DNA from: Bdellovibrionales bacterium
GTDB taxonomy: Bacteria > Bdellovibrionota > Bdellovibrionia > Bdellovibrionales > UBA1609
DNA length: 64,000 bases
Assembly (NCBI GenBank): GCA_965116175.1
Contig: OZ220490.1
Location: forward strand, 955,537-1,019,536
Reading direction: 5' to 3'
Made by a program: the position numbers and the translations under genes. A model generated the notes under the pieces. That model had not been told where the DNA came from. It saw nothing but the letters and a program-made list of their open reading frames with translations, and ran no database searches. Positions 1 through 11,335 of this stretch are shown here, in pieces (the first letter of the stretch is position 1; each line of letters starts with the position of its first letter).

Positions 1-2943
1 AAATTTTTCCCTCTCCCTTCCTGTGTTATCCAAAATAAGAACTTCACCACCGCGATTCATAACAGTAAGTTTACCGTCACGATTTTTAACAGTATTCAAG
101 TTTTCAAACTTTAAAGTTCCTGAATAACGGGCAGTATGCACAGACTGCTCCACAGAACGGGAGGCTGTTCCTCCAAGGTGGAAAGTCCTCATAGTTAATT
201 GTGTTCCTGGCTCACCAATAGATTGAGCAGCGATAATGCCCACAGCTTCCCCCACATTAACAGTGCGGCCAAGAGCCAAATCCCTTCCATAACATTTAAC
301 ACAAACACCACCTTTAGTTTTACAGGTTAGTGTGGAGCGAATTTTAACTTTATCAATACTTTCCTCATTCATTCTATGAATAACTTTTTCATCAATCTCT
401 TCACCCGCCTTGCATATAATTTCAGAAGAGCTTGGAACTAAAATATCTTCAAAGGCTGTTCTTCCAAGCGCTCTTTCAGAAAGAGGCTCTATAACTCCTC
501 CACTCTCCACAAGGTCTGACAGTTCAAGAAATTCATTACTGCCACAGTCCTCTTCTGTCACGATGACATTTTGAGAGACATCTACAAGCTTTCTTGTCAG
601 GTATCCTGAGTTGGCTGTTTTAAGCGCTGTATCGGCAAGCCCTTTTCTAGCTCCGTGAGTGGAAATAAAATATTGAGAAACTGTCAAGCCTTCACGAAAG
701 TTAGCTGTAATAGGTGTTTCAATAATTTCTCCTGAAGGCTTAGCCATTAAACCCCTCATACCAGACAACTGCCGTATTTGCGCTGTAGAGCTTCTCGCAC
801 CAGAATCAGCCATAATAAAAATAGGATTGAAGCTGGCAGATTCCACCTTTTTGCCTTTTACTTCAAAAGTTTCTTTTTCCAAATGATCCATCATTTCATC
901 AGCCACCTCATCACCACAGTGTGTCCATATATCAATCACTTTGTTATATCTTTCCCCTTCTGTAATCAAACCCTCATCATACTGCCGGCGAATTTCATCC
1001 ACCTGCGCCCGGGCATTTTTGAGCAATTCTTCTTTTTGAGAGGGAATTTGTAAATCATTGATACTGATAGATATACCTGCCTTAGTAGAATATTTAAAAC
1101 CGGCATTCATAAGTTTATCCGCTAAAATGACAGTTTTTTTAGCTCCACACAGACGGAAGGTTTTATCAATCAACTCAGCCAAAGATTTTTTGTTCATCAC
1201 CCTATTGTAAAAGCTAAAGGGCACTTTTTTAGGAATAATAGCACTCAATAAAACTCGGCCTACAGAAGTATCCTCCAGCTTTCCATTGACTCGGCATTTG
1301 ATACTGGCTTGAAGATCAATTCTGCCTGTTTCATAGGCATAGATAACTTCAGATATATCCCCAAAAATTTTTCCGGAGTTTCTGGCGCCAGGACGAATTC
1401 TTGTCATCCAATAAATTCCCAAAACAATATCCTGTGTGGGATTAATAATAGGCTGTCCGCTGGCGGGGCTTAAAATATTATTTGTAGACATGATAAGGAC
1501 ACGGGTTTCTGTTTGCGCCTCAACAGAAAGAGGCAGATGGACAGACATTGTGTCCCCATCAAAATCGGCATTAAAGGCTGTGCATACAAGAGGATGAAGC
1601 TGGATAGCCCGTCCTTCATGCAAAACAGGTTCAAAAGCCTGAATACCCAAACGGTGCAAAGTAGGCGCCCTATTTAACAAAACAGGATGCTCCTTAACAA
1701 CTTCAGATAAAATATCCCAAACTTCATCCGTTTTCTCTTCCACAAGAGCCTTAGCTTGTTTGACTGTAACAGCTAAACCTCTCTGTTCTAATTTGTGATA
1801 GATAAAAGGCTTAAAAAGCTCAAGAGCCATTGTTTTTGGCAAACCACATTCATGCAAGCGCAGATGAGGGCCAACCACAATCACAGAACGACCGGAATAA
1901 TCAACCCTTTTACCCAACAAATTGGATCGAAAACGACCCTGTTTTCCCTTTAAAATCTCACTCAAAGAGCGAAGAGGTCTTTTATTAGGACCGGTAAAAA
2001 CCTTGCCCCCCCGTCCATTATCCAAAAGGGCATCTACCGCCTCCTGAAGCATACGCTTTTCATTTCTGATAATAATTTCCGGAGCATTTAACTCCTTAAG
2101 TTTTTTAAGCCTATTATTTCTGTTAATCACACGACGATATAAATCATTTAAATCTGAAGTGGCAAAACGACCCCCATCAAGAGGAACTAAAGGTCTTAAA
2201 TCAGGAGGAATAACAGGAAGAGCCTCCAGCATCATCCATTCCGGTTTGTTAATGGATTTTTGAAAATCCTCCATGACTTTGATTCGCTTTCTGATTTTTT
2301 TGATTTGCACTTCAGAAGTGGTGTTTTCAAGAGACTTCCGAAGTCTTTTAGACTCAAAATCTATATCAACAGATTTGATGAGATCTCTTATAGCCGATCC
2401 ACCCATACCCACTTTAAAATGAGGACCGTATTCCTGAGTAGCTTTTTCATACTCATCCTCTGATAGCAGCTGCCCCTTTGTGAGATCGGTGTCCATACCA
2501 TCTATAACCACATAGTATTCACAATAAAGAACTTTTTGAATATCTTTTACAGACATACCCAAAAAATTGCCTATACGACTGGAAGCTGTCCCTAAAAACC
2601 AAATATGGGCGACAGGGCTGGTCAGTTCTATATGTCCCATTCTTTCTCTTCTCACTTTGGAACGGGTGACTTCTGTTCCACACTTTTCACAGACAACCCC
2701 GCGGTATTTCATTCCTTTATATTTTCCACAAAGGCATTCATAATCTTTGGTTGGACCAAAAATTTTACAACAAAATAATCCTTCTCTTTCAGGTTTGAAA
2801 GTACGGTAATTGATTGTCTCAGGTTTTTTAACTTCTCCATAACTCCAGCGGCGGATAAGTTCTGGAGAAGCTATTGATATTCTAATAGATTCTAAAGCTA
2901 AGGGATCTTTTGGCTTATCAAAAAAGTTTAATAAGTCTCTCAT
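1..2943 (-). CDS. rpoC: DNA-directed RNA polymerase beta' subunit (3' part runs off the window)
   Basis: Not in the ORF track. Manual translation from ATG at 2943 (ATGA overlap with rpoB stop) gives [13 protein letters not shown]...[26 protein letters not shown], with NADFDGD at ~1550-1573. Confidence 0.98.
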   Translation of the reverse strand, partial: MRDLLNFFDKPKDPLALESIRISIASPELIRRWSYGEVKKPETINYRTFKPEREGLFCCKIFGPTKDYECLCGKYKGMKYRGVVCEKCGTEVTRSKVRRERMGHIELTSPVAHIWFLGTASSRIGNFLGMSVKDIQKVLYCEYYVVIDGMDTDLTKGQLLSEDEYEKATQEYGPHFKVGMGGSAIRDLIKSVDIDFESKRLRKSLENTTSEVQIKKIRKRIKVMEDFQKSINKPEWMMLEALPVIPPDLRPLVPLDGGRFATSDLNDLYRRVINRNNRLKKLKELNAPEIIIRNEKRMLQEAVDALLDNGRGGKVFTGPNKRPLRSLSEILKGKQGRFRSNLLGKRVDYSGRSVIVVGPHLRLHECGLPKTMALELFKPFIYHKLEQRGLAVTVKQAKALVEEKTDEVWDILSEVVKEHPVLLNRAPTLHRLGIQAFEPVLHEGRAIQLHPLVCTAFNADFDGDTMSVHLPLSVEAQTETRVLIMSTNNILSPASGQPIINPTQDIVLGIYWMTRIRPGARNSGKIFGDISEVIYAYETGRIDLQASIKCRVNGKLEDTSVGRVLLSAIIPKKVPFSFYNRVMNKKSLAELIDKTFRLCGAKKTVILADKLMNAGFKYSTKAGISISINDLQIPSQKEELLKNARAQVDEIRRQYDEGLITEGERYNKVIDIWTHCGDEVADEMMDHLEKETFEVKGKKVESASFNPIFIMADSGARSSTAQIRQLSGMRGLMAKPSGEIIETPITANFREGLTVSQYFISTHGARKGLADTALKTANSGYLTRKLVDVSQNVIVTEEDCGSNEFLELSDLVESGGVIEPLSERALGRTAFEDILVPSSSEIICKAGEEIDEKVIHRMNEESIDKVKIRSTLTCKTKGGVCVKCYGRDLALGRTVNVGEAVGIIAAQSIGEPGTQLTMRTFHLGGTASRSVEQSVHTARYSGTLKFENLNTVKNRDGKLTVMNRGGEVLILDNTGREREKF

Positions 2944-5900
2944 GAGTCACTCTCCTCTCCATCAAAAACCTCTTCTGTCAATACATCCGATTCAAACATC
3001 TCCACATTCAAGCCAAGACTTTTCATCTCATTGACCAAAACATTAAAAGACTCTGGAATTCCCGGTTCCAGAGTGTTATCTCCTTTAACAATGCTTTCAT
3101 ACATACGAACACGGCCAGCCACATCATCTGATTTCACTGTAAGAAATTCCTGCAGGCAGTAAGCAGCCCCATAAGCTTCAATAGCCCAAACCTCCATTTC
3201 TCCAAGTCTCTGTCCTCCAAACTGGGATTTTCCTCCCAAAGGCTGCTGAGAAACTAAAGAATAAGGTCCAATAGATCGGGCATGGATTTTTTCTTCCACA
3301 AGATGATGAAGCTTTAACATATACATTATACCAACTGTGACAGGCATCTCAAAAGGCTCTCCTGTCCGTCCATCAAATAAAACTGTCTGACCGGTTTCAG
3401 GAAGCTTAGCATATTTTAAAATATTTTTGACTTCCTCTTCGGTAGCTCCGTCAAAAACAGGAGTGGCTACATGAACTCCATGACTTGTCTTTTCAACCAG
3501 TCTCTTAATGGATTCTGTGTCTGCTGAGTCAATGGACTGCACAATTTTTTTATCATGCAAATACACTTCCTTTAAATCTTTTCTGGCCAAATCCTCTTTA
3601 AAATCATCAATATATTTTTGAATTTGCTGTCCTAAACTAAGAGCAGCCCAGCCAAGATGAATCTCTAAAATCTGTCCAATATTCATCCTTGAGGGAACAC
3701 CTAAAGGGTTTAAAACCATATCCACAGGCCGTCCGTCAGCCATATAGGGCATATCCTCTTCAGGAAGTATTTTAGAGATAACCCCTTTGTTACCGTGCCT
3801 CCCTGCAAATTTATCTCCGACTTCCACTCTTCTTTTAACCGCCACATAAACTTTTATCATTTTTACAACACCTGGAGGAAGCTCATCTCCGGCATAGAGG
3901 CGGTTAATTCTTTCTTTATATAAAGTCTCCAAAGCATCACAACGGTTTTGATACTCATCAACAACTTCCAAAAGCTCTTTTGAAACCTCCTCTTTTTTTA
4001 AAGGAATATAAGCCAAAAGCTCAAAAGGAATTTTTTTAATATCCTCTTCTGTAATTTTATGATTTTTTGGCAGCAGCTCTTCAGAGCCATCATCATTAAG
4101 AAGAACATCTGAACTCTTTTCCCCTATAATAAGATCCTTAATTTGATCCAAACTGTTGTTCTTTATAGCTTTTTTTTGAATGTCCCTATCCTTTTTAAGT
4201 TTGAGCTCTTTCTCCTTAATCATTTTTTTCAACCTTTGGCTTTTTTCCACTCCCTCTCTCGTGTAAATTTGTGTATCAATCACTGTCCCTGAAACACCAG
4301 AGGGAACTCTTAAAGAGCTGTCTTTAACATCACCAGCTTTTTCACCAAAAATGGCCAACACAAGTTTTTTCTCAGGGGAAAGCTGGCTTTCTGCTTTAGG
4401 GGTAACCTTGCCCACAAGAATATCCCCTATACGAACTTTGGCCCCTATCCTGACTATCCCTGAAGCATCTAAGTTTTTAAGAGCCTCTTCACCAACATTA
4501 GGAATATCCGCTGTGATCTCCTCCCGTCCAAGCTTTGTATCTCTGGCTAAACATTCAAACTCCTCAATATGTATGGATGTATAAACATCTTTTTTTATAA
4601 GCTTCTCTGAAATAAGTATGGAGTCCTCAAAATTATAGCCTGCCCAAGGCATAAAAGCCACCAGCACATTTCTGCCAAGAGCCAGTTCACCCATATCCAT
4701 AGCCAGACCATCAGCGATAATATTCCCTTTCTCAACTTTGTCCCTAATTTTCACTATAGGCTTCTGGTTAAAGCAGGTGTTTTGATTTGTTCTTTGATAT
4801 TTGATCAAGTCATAAATATCCACGCTGGCTCCGGGTTTTCCTTTTTTATTTAACCGGCGGACAACAATACGAGAAGCATCAATATCCTCCACATAACCTG
4901 TATATTTACAGACTACGCTGTTTCCTGAGTCCTGAGCCACCAGCTTTTCCATACCAGTTCCTACAAGTGGAGCTTCTGCAATCATTAAGGGTACAGCCTG
5001 CCTCTGCATATTTGATCCCATAAGAGCCCTGTTGGCATCATCATGTTCTAAAAAAGGAATAAGGGAAGCGGCGATAGAGACAAGTTGACCGTGAGAAACA
5101 TCCATTAAATTGACTTGATCTTTACGGACTGTTTTATATTCTCCATTAACCCGGGCTGTAAGAAAGCTGTCTTTTTTCATTTCATCAAAATTAAATCTTG
5201 CCTGGCTGATGATATGAGACTGCTCCTCTAAAGCAGAATAGTATTTGACCTCATCAGTTATAACGCCATTTTTTACAAGGCGGTAAGGGGTTTCAATAAA
5301 ACCATTCTCATTGATACGGGCGTATGTAGCCATTGAAGCAATTAAACCAATATTAGGACCCTCTGGCGTCTCAATAGGACAAATACGCCCATAGTGGGTA
5401 GGATGCACATCACGAACTTCAAAACCCGCCCGTTCCCTTGTTAAACCACCAGGCCCAAAAGTGGATAGCCTCCTTTTATGAGTAATCTCCGCCAAAGGAT
5501 TGGTTTGATCCATAAACTGGGACAGCTGGCTGGAGCCAAAAAACTCTTTAACAACAGCGCTGACAGATTTTGCATTGATGAGATCATGAGGCATCATGGT
5601 CTCTATATCCTGAAGGCTCATTCTTTCTCTCACTACCCGCTCCATACGGACAAGACCAATACGGTATTGATTTTCCAACAGTTCCCCCACAGATCGGATT
5701 CTTCTATTGCCCAGATGATCAATATCATCCACCTGACCTTTGCCATTTCTTAAATCAATAAGATGCTTTATAACACGAACAATATCTTTTCGAGTTAAAG
5801 TGCCCTGATCATCAGGAATATCAGTAAAGCCAAATTTATGGTTGATTTTAATTCGGCCTACACGGCCCAGGTTATAAGTTCCCTCTTCAAAAAAAAGATT

Positions 5901-7088
5901 TTTAAAATAATATTCAGCCGCTTCTAAAACAGCCGGTTCACCGGGTTTCATCCTTTTGTAAATATCCAAAAGAGCCTCTTCTTTTGTATTTATAGAATCA
6001 ATCAAAAGAGTATTGGATAAATAGGGACCGGAAACAAGACTCTCAAAAAAAATCACATGATATTTTTTAATGCCAAGGAGTACAGCTTTTTTGATAAGCT
6101 CCAAAGTCAAAGGCTGATTTGACTCACAAAAAACCTCTCCCGTTTCAGGATGAACAAGGGGATGGGAAAGGACACTGTTTTGCAAATCAGATTCTTGAAT
6201 CTCCATCTCCCCAATGCCAGAAGATTTAATTTTTTTTATAACAGATCTGGTGACTCTTCTACCGGAGCGAACAACAACATTTCCCTTTTTATCTTTAATA
6301 TCTGCACTGATTCTCTGGCCTTCCATTTGTTCAATATCAAAAGTTCTAAAAATTTTATCCCCCCTTAAAAACACCTGATCCACATGATGAAATTCCTCTA
6401 AAATTTCATCCACATAAAGGCCCAAAGCTTTTAAGAAAATTGTAGCTGGAAATTTTCTTTTTCTATCAATACGAACATTGATAATGTCTTTTTGATCAAA
6501 CTCAAAATCCAGCCAGGATCCTCTGTAAGGGATAAGACGACCGGAATAAATGTATTTTCCACTGGGGCTGTTTTTCCCCCCATCATGATCAAAAAAGACA
6601 CCCGGAGAACGATGGATTTGAGAGACAACAACACGCTCTGTCCCATTGATAATAAAGGAGGCATGGTCGGTCATCAAGGGTATATCGCTTAAGTAAACCT
6701 CCTGCTCTTTGACATCACGGATAACTCGCTCCTTGCCCTCCTCCGCCGGTTCAAAAATAACAAGACGAAGTGTAACTTTAAGGGGAGAGGCATAAGTCAT
6801 ACCTCTTTTTTGCATACATTCACGCACATCATATTTTGGATGAGACAGACTGTATTGCACAAACTCAAGACTCACAGTATTGTTGTAATCAGAAACAGGA
6901 AAGACAGACTTAAAAACGGCTTGAAGCCCTGTATTCTCTCTTTTTTCTGCTGGAATATCCTTCTGTAAAAATTTTTGATAGGAAGTTTTTTGCAGATTGA
7001 TTAGATTCGGAATCTGGACAGATTTCCCCATGGATCCAAAACTCTTACGAAAGCGAAGATGGGATCCGGTAAAAGATTGTTTTTTCAT
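2940..7088 (-). CDS. rpoB: DNA-directed RNA polymerase beta subunit
   Basis: 1382 aa; motifs [30 protein letters not shown]. Confidence 0.99.
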   Translation of the reverse strand: MKKQSFTGSHLRFRKSFGSMGKSVQIPNLINLQKTSYQKFLQKDIPAEKRENTGLQAVFKSVFPVSDYNNTVSLEFVQYSLSHPKYDVRECMQKRGMTYASPLKVTLRLVIFEPAEEGKERVIRDVKEQEVYLSDIPLMTDHASFIINGTERVVVSQIHRSPGVFFDHDGGKNSPSGKYIYSGRLIPYRGSWLDFEFDQKDIINVRIDRKRKFPATIFLKALGLYVDEILEEFHHVDQVFLRGDKIFRTFDIEQMEGQRISADIKDKKGNVVVRSGRRVTRSVIKKIKSSGIGEMEIQESDLQNSVLSHPLVHPETGEVFCESNQPLTLELIKKAVLLGIKKYHVIFFESLVSGPYLSNTLLIDSINTKEEALLDIYKRMKPGEPAVLEAAEYYFKNLFFEEGTYNLGRVGRIKINHKFGFTDIPDDQGTLTRKDIVRVIKHLIDLRNGKGQVDDIDHLGNRRIRSVGELLENQYRIGLVRMERVVRERMSLQDIETMMPHDLINAKSVSAVVKEFFGSSQLSQFMDQTNPLAEITHKRRLSTFGPGGLTRERAGFEVRDVHPTHYGRICPIETPEGPNIGLIASMATYARINENGFIETPYRLVKNGVITDEVKYYSALEEQSHIISQARFNFDEMKKDSFLTARVNGEYKTVRKDQVNLMDVSHGQLVSIAASLIPFLEHDDANRALMGSNMQRQAVPLMIAEAPLVGTGMEKLVAQDSGNSVVCKYTGYVEDIDASRIVVRRLNKKGKPGASVDIYDLIKYQRTNQNTCFNQKPIVKIRDKVEKGNIIADGLAMDMGELALGRNVLVAFMPWAGYNFEDSILISEKLIKKDVYTSIHIEEFECLARDTKLGREEITADIPNVGEEALKNLDASGIVRIGAKVRIGDILVGKVTPKAESQLSPEKKLVLAIFGEKAGDVKDSSLRVPSGVSGTVIDTQIYTREGVEKSQRLKKMIKEKELKLKKDRDIQKKAIKNNSLDQIKDLIIGEKSSDVLLNDDGSEELLPKNHKITEEDIKKIPFELLAYIPLKKEEVSKELLEVVDEYQNRCDALETLYKERINRLYAGDELPPGVVKMIKVYVAVKRRVEVGDKFAGRHGNKGVISKILPEEDMPYMADGRPVDMVLNPLGVPSRMNIGQILEIHLGWAALSLGQQIQKYIDDFKEDLARKDLKEVYLHDKKIVQSIDSADTESIKRLVEKTSHGVHVATPVFDGATEEEVKNILKYAKLPETGQTVLFDGRTGEPFEMPVTVGIMYMLKLHHLVEEKIHARSIGPYSLVSQQPLGGKSQFGGQRLGEMEVWAIEAYGAAYCLQEFLTVKSDDVAGRVRMYESIVKGDNTLEPGIPESFNVLVNEMKSLGLNVEMFESDVLTEEVFDGEESDS

Positions 7089-7255
7089 TCAAACTTCCTG
7101 AAAATTTAGTTAAATTTTATGCTCTCCCCTATTTTTAAAAGAGCATTTTCAGTATTTTTATTTTTCCGACAAAAAATTTGCAAGTTAAACTCCATTATAA
7201 AACCAAGCCTTCTCATTCCAAATCAAAGGCTGTTTTAAAAATAATGTAAGAGTTT

Positions 7256-7639
7256 TTATTTGACTTCCACCTTGGCGCCGGCCTTCTCCAGAGCTGATTT
7301 GATTTTATCCGCCTCCTCTTTAGAGACTCCCTTTTTAACAGGTTTTGGAGCGCTTTCCACAAGATCTTTTGCCTCTTTAAGGCCCAAACTTGTAACAGCG
7401 CGAACCTCTTTTATAACAGCAATTTTATTACCACCAACACTGGCTAAAGTAACATCAAATTCTGTTTTCTCTTCAGCAGGAGCTGTCTCTCCTCCAGCAC
7501 TGGCAGAACCAGCAACCTGAACTGGAGCTGAAGCGGAAACCCCCCACTTCTCTTCAAGCTCTTTAATAAAACCAGCCATTTCAATAACTGGCATTTGAGA
7601 AAGATAATCTATAACTTGTTCTTTATTAAGTTGTGGCAT
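7256..7639 (-). CDS. rplL: 50S ribosomal protein L7/L12
   Basis: EEKTEFDV...[24 protein letters not shown]; operon position. Confidence 0.99.
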   Translation of the reverse strand: MPQLNKEQVIDYLSQMPVIEMAGFIKELEEKWGVSASAPVQVAGSASAGGETAPAEEKTEFDVTLASVGGNKIAVIKEVRAVTSLGLKEAKDLVESAPKPVKKGVSKEEADKIKSALEKAGAKVEVK

Positions 7640-7881
7640 TTTTCCTCCTAGAATTTAATTTGAATTTTTATTTCCATTAAATTTAATTTTGATTTATTCA
7701 GCCATTTTTTTATTTCAGATTTCTATACTTTTAGCTTTTTGCCTGCTTTTAGCATAAAACAAAATAAAAAGAAAGCTAAAACAAAAAAATAACAAACTCC
7801 CTTTTTCCTATTTTTAACACTTTAAGTCAAGCTTATTGGTCCAATTTTCCAAAAAATATAAATTTCAGCCACCATTACAAT

Positions 7882-8418
7882 TTAAGAAGAGTCAGGCTTC
7901 CTGCTTTTTTCTGCCAATAATCGGACAAAACTTTGTGGAGCCTCTTTTGCTGTCCTTAAAAATCGGCTCAAAGGAGCCGATAAAAGCCCTAAAAACTGAG
8001 CTCTCAAAACATCCATAGAGGGCAGACTGGCCAAAGTTTTCACTTCAGACTTATTAAGCACAGTGCCATCAAGAACAGCGCCTTTAATTTTGAAAACTTC
8101 ATTATCTTCAGAAAACTTATCAATGATTTTAGCCACTTTGGCAGGATCTTCAAAAGCGACAACAAAAGCATTTGGCCCTTCCAATAAAGGTTCATAAACC
8201 TGTTTAAGATCTGATTTATCCTTCATGGCCAGCAAAGAGAGGCTGTTGCGGATAACCTGAATATCCCCCTGGTTTTGTTTTAAGCTTTTCCTCAATTCTG
8301 TTATTTTATCCACATTCAAACCAATGCAGTTGACAAGAAAAGAAGCTCTTGATCGAGAAAAACTATCAGAAAGCTTAGCAACTTGTGATTTTTTTGCTGT
8401 TCGGCTTAACATACTCAA
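7882..8418 (-). CDS. rplJ: 50S ribosomal protein L10 (alternative ATG start at 8412)
   Basis: L10-like sequence (ITELRK, LEGPNA, LASLPS); lies between rplA and rplL. Confidence 0.95.
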   Translation of the reverse strand: MSMLSRTAKKSQVAKLSDSFSRSRASFLVNCIGLNVDKITELRKSLKQNQGDIQVIRNSLSLLAMKDKSDLKQVYEPLLEGPNAFVVAFEDPAKVAKIIDKFSEDNEVFKIKGAVLDGTVLNKSEVKTLASLPSMDVLRAQFLGLLSAPLSRFLRTAKEAPQSFVRLLAEKSRKPDSS

Positions 8419-9110
8419 CTGGCCTCATTTTGTGTTTGAACAGGATTTAAGCCAATTCCAGGACCCATTGTGGAAGACATAGAAATAGATCTCAAATAAA
8501 CCCCTTTGCTGGATTTAGGCTTTAATTTTATAAGCTCCCCAGCCAAAGCTAAGTAGTTTTTCTTAATTTTATCAAACCCCATTGACTTTTTTCCAATAGA
8601 AGTATGAATAATGCCATTTTTATCCACACGAAAAAAAGCCTTTCCCTTTTTTTCATCCTGAACAGCCTGCCCCACCCGCGCGGTGACAGAACCTGTTTTT
8701 GGACTGGGCATTAAACTCTTTGGACCTAAAATTTTAGCCACTTTGGCTACAGCAGGCATCATATCCGGAGAAGCAATAACACGATCAAAATCCAGCCAGC
8801 CGGATTTAATTTTTTCTATTTGATCTTCAGCTCCAACAAAATCGGCCCCGGCTTTTTGAGCCTCTTGCTCTTTTTCCCCTTTGGCAAAAACCAAAACACG
8901 CACCTTCTTACCCAAACCATGAGGGAGAGTCAAAGCACCGCGGATCTGTTGGTCAGTCTGTTTGGAATCAACCCCCAGTTTAACGGCAATATCTATAGAT
9001 TCATCAAAACCAGCTGTGGCTGCCTCTAACACAAGCTGGATGCCTTCATCAACACCATAGACCTTATCCTTATCTATTTTTTCTACAGCCGTTTTATACC
9101 TTTTGCCCAC
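8415..9110 (-). CDS. rplA: 50S ribosomal protein L1
   Basis: FDESIDIAVKLGVD, LPHGLGK, MPSPKTG, SSTMGPG. Confidence 0.99.
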   Translation of the reverse strand: MGKRYKTAVEKIDKDKVYGVDEGIQLVLEAATAGFDESIDIAVKLGVDSKQTDQQIRGALTLPHGLGKKVRVLVFAKGEKEQEAQKAGADFVGAEDQIEKIKSGWLDFDRVIASPDMMPAVAKVAKILGPKSLMPSPKTGSVTARVGQAVQDEKKGKAFFRVDKNGIIHTSIGKKSMGFDKIKKNYLALAGELIKLKPKSSKGVYLRSISMSSTMGPGIGLNPVQTQNEAS

Positions 9111-9126
9111 TTTTATCCCTCTTTTT

Positions 9127-9549
9127 TTAAACCAACTCCAAGCCCATGCTTAAAGCTGTCCCGCGCACTTGAGATTTTGCAGATTCCAAATCCAAACAGT
9201 TAAGGTCAGGAAGTTTTATTTTAGCAATTTCCTCAACTTGAGCTGAAGTCACTTTAGCCACTTTATCCTTTTGTGGCATTTTAGAGCCGCTTTTGAGATT
9301 AACAATCTTCTTTAAAAGAACAGAAACAGGAGGAGTTTTCGTAACAAAAGAAAAGGAGCGATCCTGATAAACAGTGATCACAACAGGAACTATAGTATCC
9401 CCATCTTTTTTTGTTTTCGCATTAAATTGGTTGCAAAAATCCATAATATTCACTCCATGCTGACCTAAAGCAGGCCCAACAGGAGGAGAAGGATTTGCCT
9501 TTCCAGCAGGGATTTGAAGTTTAATAGACCCTTGAATTTTTTTAGCCAT
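9127..9549 (-). CDS. rplK: 50S ribosomal protein L11
   Basis: [25 protein letters not shown]. Confidence 0.99.
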   Translation of the reverse strand: MAKKIQGSIKLQIPAGKANPSPPVGPALGQHGVNIMDFCNQFNAKTKKDGDTIVPVVITVYQDRSFSFVTKTPPVSVLLKKIVNLKSGSKMPQKDKVAKVTSAQVEEIAKIKLPDLNCLDLESAKSQVRGTALSMGLELV

Positions 9550-9575
9550 TTCTAATGCCTTGCTTTTTAATTACT

Positions 9576-9751
9576 GAATTTTGAAGATTTTCATTAAATA
9601 AAAATCAAACCTCCATTAGAGGGTTATGAAAGTTCAGACAGACATTTTGCCACAAAGCGCCTCTTAACTGCTTTGTGTTCAAAGCCGAACTCACTCTTGA
9701 CTCTAATGAAGACAGTCATACACCCTTTTCTATGGAAAACCTCAAAATTTA
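9576..9751. repeat. MITE-like palindromic element, family A (degenerate inverted copy of 18267-18482)
   Basis: Core TTTTGCCACAAAGCGCCTCTTAACTGCTTTGTGTTCAAAGCCGAACTCAC is close to the reverse complement of ~18346-18395; ends GAATTTTGAAG...AAACCTCAAAATT. Confidence 0.75.
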
Positions 9752-9926
9752 ATTAGACTATATAAAGTAACAGCTTTTTTATCCAATAGCAATATTCAAA
9801 AAATTTATAAAAACACTTACTATAACAAATTACAATTAAAATCAATAAATATTTTAATTTTAAGCTTTTTTGCTTAAAGCTTGGGTTTTGCTGACTCTTT
9901 TATTTTTTAACTGATAGAGGCTCCCC

Positions 9927-10060
9927 TAATTTTATTATTTTGAACTTATAGTTTTTAAGACAAAATTAAATGGCAGATTATGAGAACTTTATTGATTTTA
10001 TTTTTGGTTCATGACAACTTAAGCCTCATTTGATAGGTGTTAATGAGTTGAAATGACTGG
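9927..10060. repeat. Left arm of a 134-bp inverted repeat (partner 17074-17207)
   Basis: 9927-10026 is the exact reverse complement of 17108-17207; 3 mismatches in the remaining 34 bp. Confidence 0.95.
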
Positions 10061-10199
10061 AATACCCGTTCCTGCCCCTTCTGAGAAGAAATTTAGGAGA
10101 TTATTAAGTTATTTTTAGTTGATCTAACAGCTCATCACCTGGGGGATCTGTTTTTATAGGCTTTTCAACTCAGTCTCATGGCTTAACTAGCCATGAACC
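10006..10199 (+). mobile_element. IS1595-family-derived MITE (~194 bp)
   Basis: Terminal inverted repeats GGTTCATGACAACTTAAGCC / GGCTTAACTAGCCATGAACC; internal degenerate SEKKFRRLL...DLTA matches the transposase N-terminus seen at 52519. Confidence 0.7.
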
Positions 10200-10363
10200 C
10201 AATTTATTTAAAATGAGCAAGACATATAAATATTTTTCTCATTTTACAGGTTAGTATCAATACCAAATGATAAGATAATCAAGTTATTTAATTTAGTTTT
10301 CACTTAAGGTTTTTTAGTTTGGGATGAATATCATAAAGCCTCAATATAAACCCAAGTTTTCAC

Positions 10364-11173
10364 TTAAGGGGGTCTGTTTTGGGCTCTTCTTCTCCTTCTT
10401 CTTCTCCTTCGGATTTTTTCCGCTCTGAGCTTTTCTATTTTCTGTTTTCTTTTTTTTCTATAATTCAGGAAAAGGAAGAGGCACCAAAGGCCACAGCCAG
10501 CCCACACAACAAAAACCAACACTGTAAGTAGCAAAACCCCTCTGTTGCTTTTTTGTGGAGGCATCTCTGATTCCAAATCCGTTTCATTCAGGATTTTTTC
10601 AATATAAGACATCATCTCCTGCCTCTGCTTGTCCGTCTGCCTTCTTATCCGGTCAATGTTGTCTTTTAATTTCTCGGACAGCCGCAGGCTTCTGATAGCT
10701 TTTAAAAACTGATTGGCGTATTTTATATAAATTTCCCTATGAGCGTAAAAGCCAATAAAAATATGAACCTTCTCATTTAAGTCATCACAGCAGACTGTGC
10801 CCAGCGAGCGGGAAAACATGTTTCTTGAAAGGCTGTTTTTACTAAAGTTTGCCATCCAGTTTTGCTGATGGATTGTAACTTTTCTTATCTGTCTTGCAGG
10901 GATTCTAAAACTTGTAAAAATCCGTTTGTATATATCTGTGTTGTCTGTGCTTTTGCCTATTTTAGCCGTAAGCAAAATGAGAGCAGGCTTTTCTCCTTTT
11001 TGGAATCGGTGATGGCAGACCCAATTCACCCCAAAGGATTTACAAGTCCAGTTTTCCCCTATTTCAAAACTGATATAAGAGTTTTCAAAGAGTTTTCTAG
11101 CCTGACCCTGCCTCGGGCAGCTGAATAAAAGAACAAAGAGAAAACTGATCTTTAGTAAAGAGAAATAAGGCAT
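10364..11173 (-). CDS. Exported/membrane-anchored hypothetical protein, copy 1
   Basis: N-terminal signal peptide, C-terminal hydrophobic helix followed by a Lys/Arg-rich tail; near-identical paralog at 52679-53494. Confidence 0.85.
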   Translation of the reverse strand: MPYFSLLKISFLFVLLFSCPRQGQARKLFENSYISFEIGENWTCKSFGVNWVCHHRFQKGEKPALILLTAKIGKSTDNTDIYKRIFTSFRIPARQIRKVTIHQQNWMANFSKNSLSRNMFSRSLGTVCCDDLNEKVHIFIGFYAHREIYIKYANQFLKAIRSLRLSEKLKDNIDRIRRQTDKQRQEMMSYIEKILNETDLESEMPPQKSNRGVLLLTVLVFVVWAGCGLWCLFLFLNYRKKRKQKIEKLRAEKIRRRRRRRRRAQNRPP

Positions 11174-11335
11174 ATTTTAAGGCTTTTGTGTTTCCTTTGG
11201 AGCAAGCCCTAGGTATTTTGCCTGACAGCCACTGAGAGAAAATAGCAATAAATTTTTTAATTTATCTTTCAAAAATCCTCTTTGATTTTAAATGACACCA
11301 AATTGGTTTTTTAGTTTTGAATTTTAATAACTTGC

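Noticed and set aside
7640-7881. Regulatory RNA in the long rplJ-rplL gap
   Set aside because: Very AT-rich with no convincing structure; the L10 leader normally lies upstream of rplJ.
778-9029. Short ORFs overlapping rpoC, rpoB and the ribosomal protein genes
   Set aside because: Antisense or out-of-frame shadows of well-supported genes; the same applies to most short overlapping ORFs elsewhere in the track.
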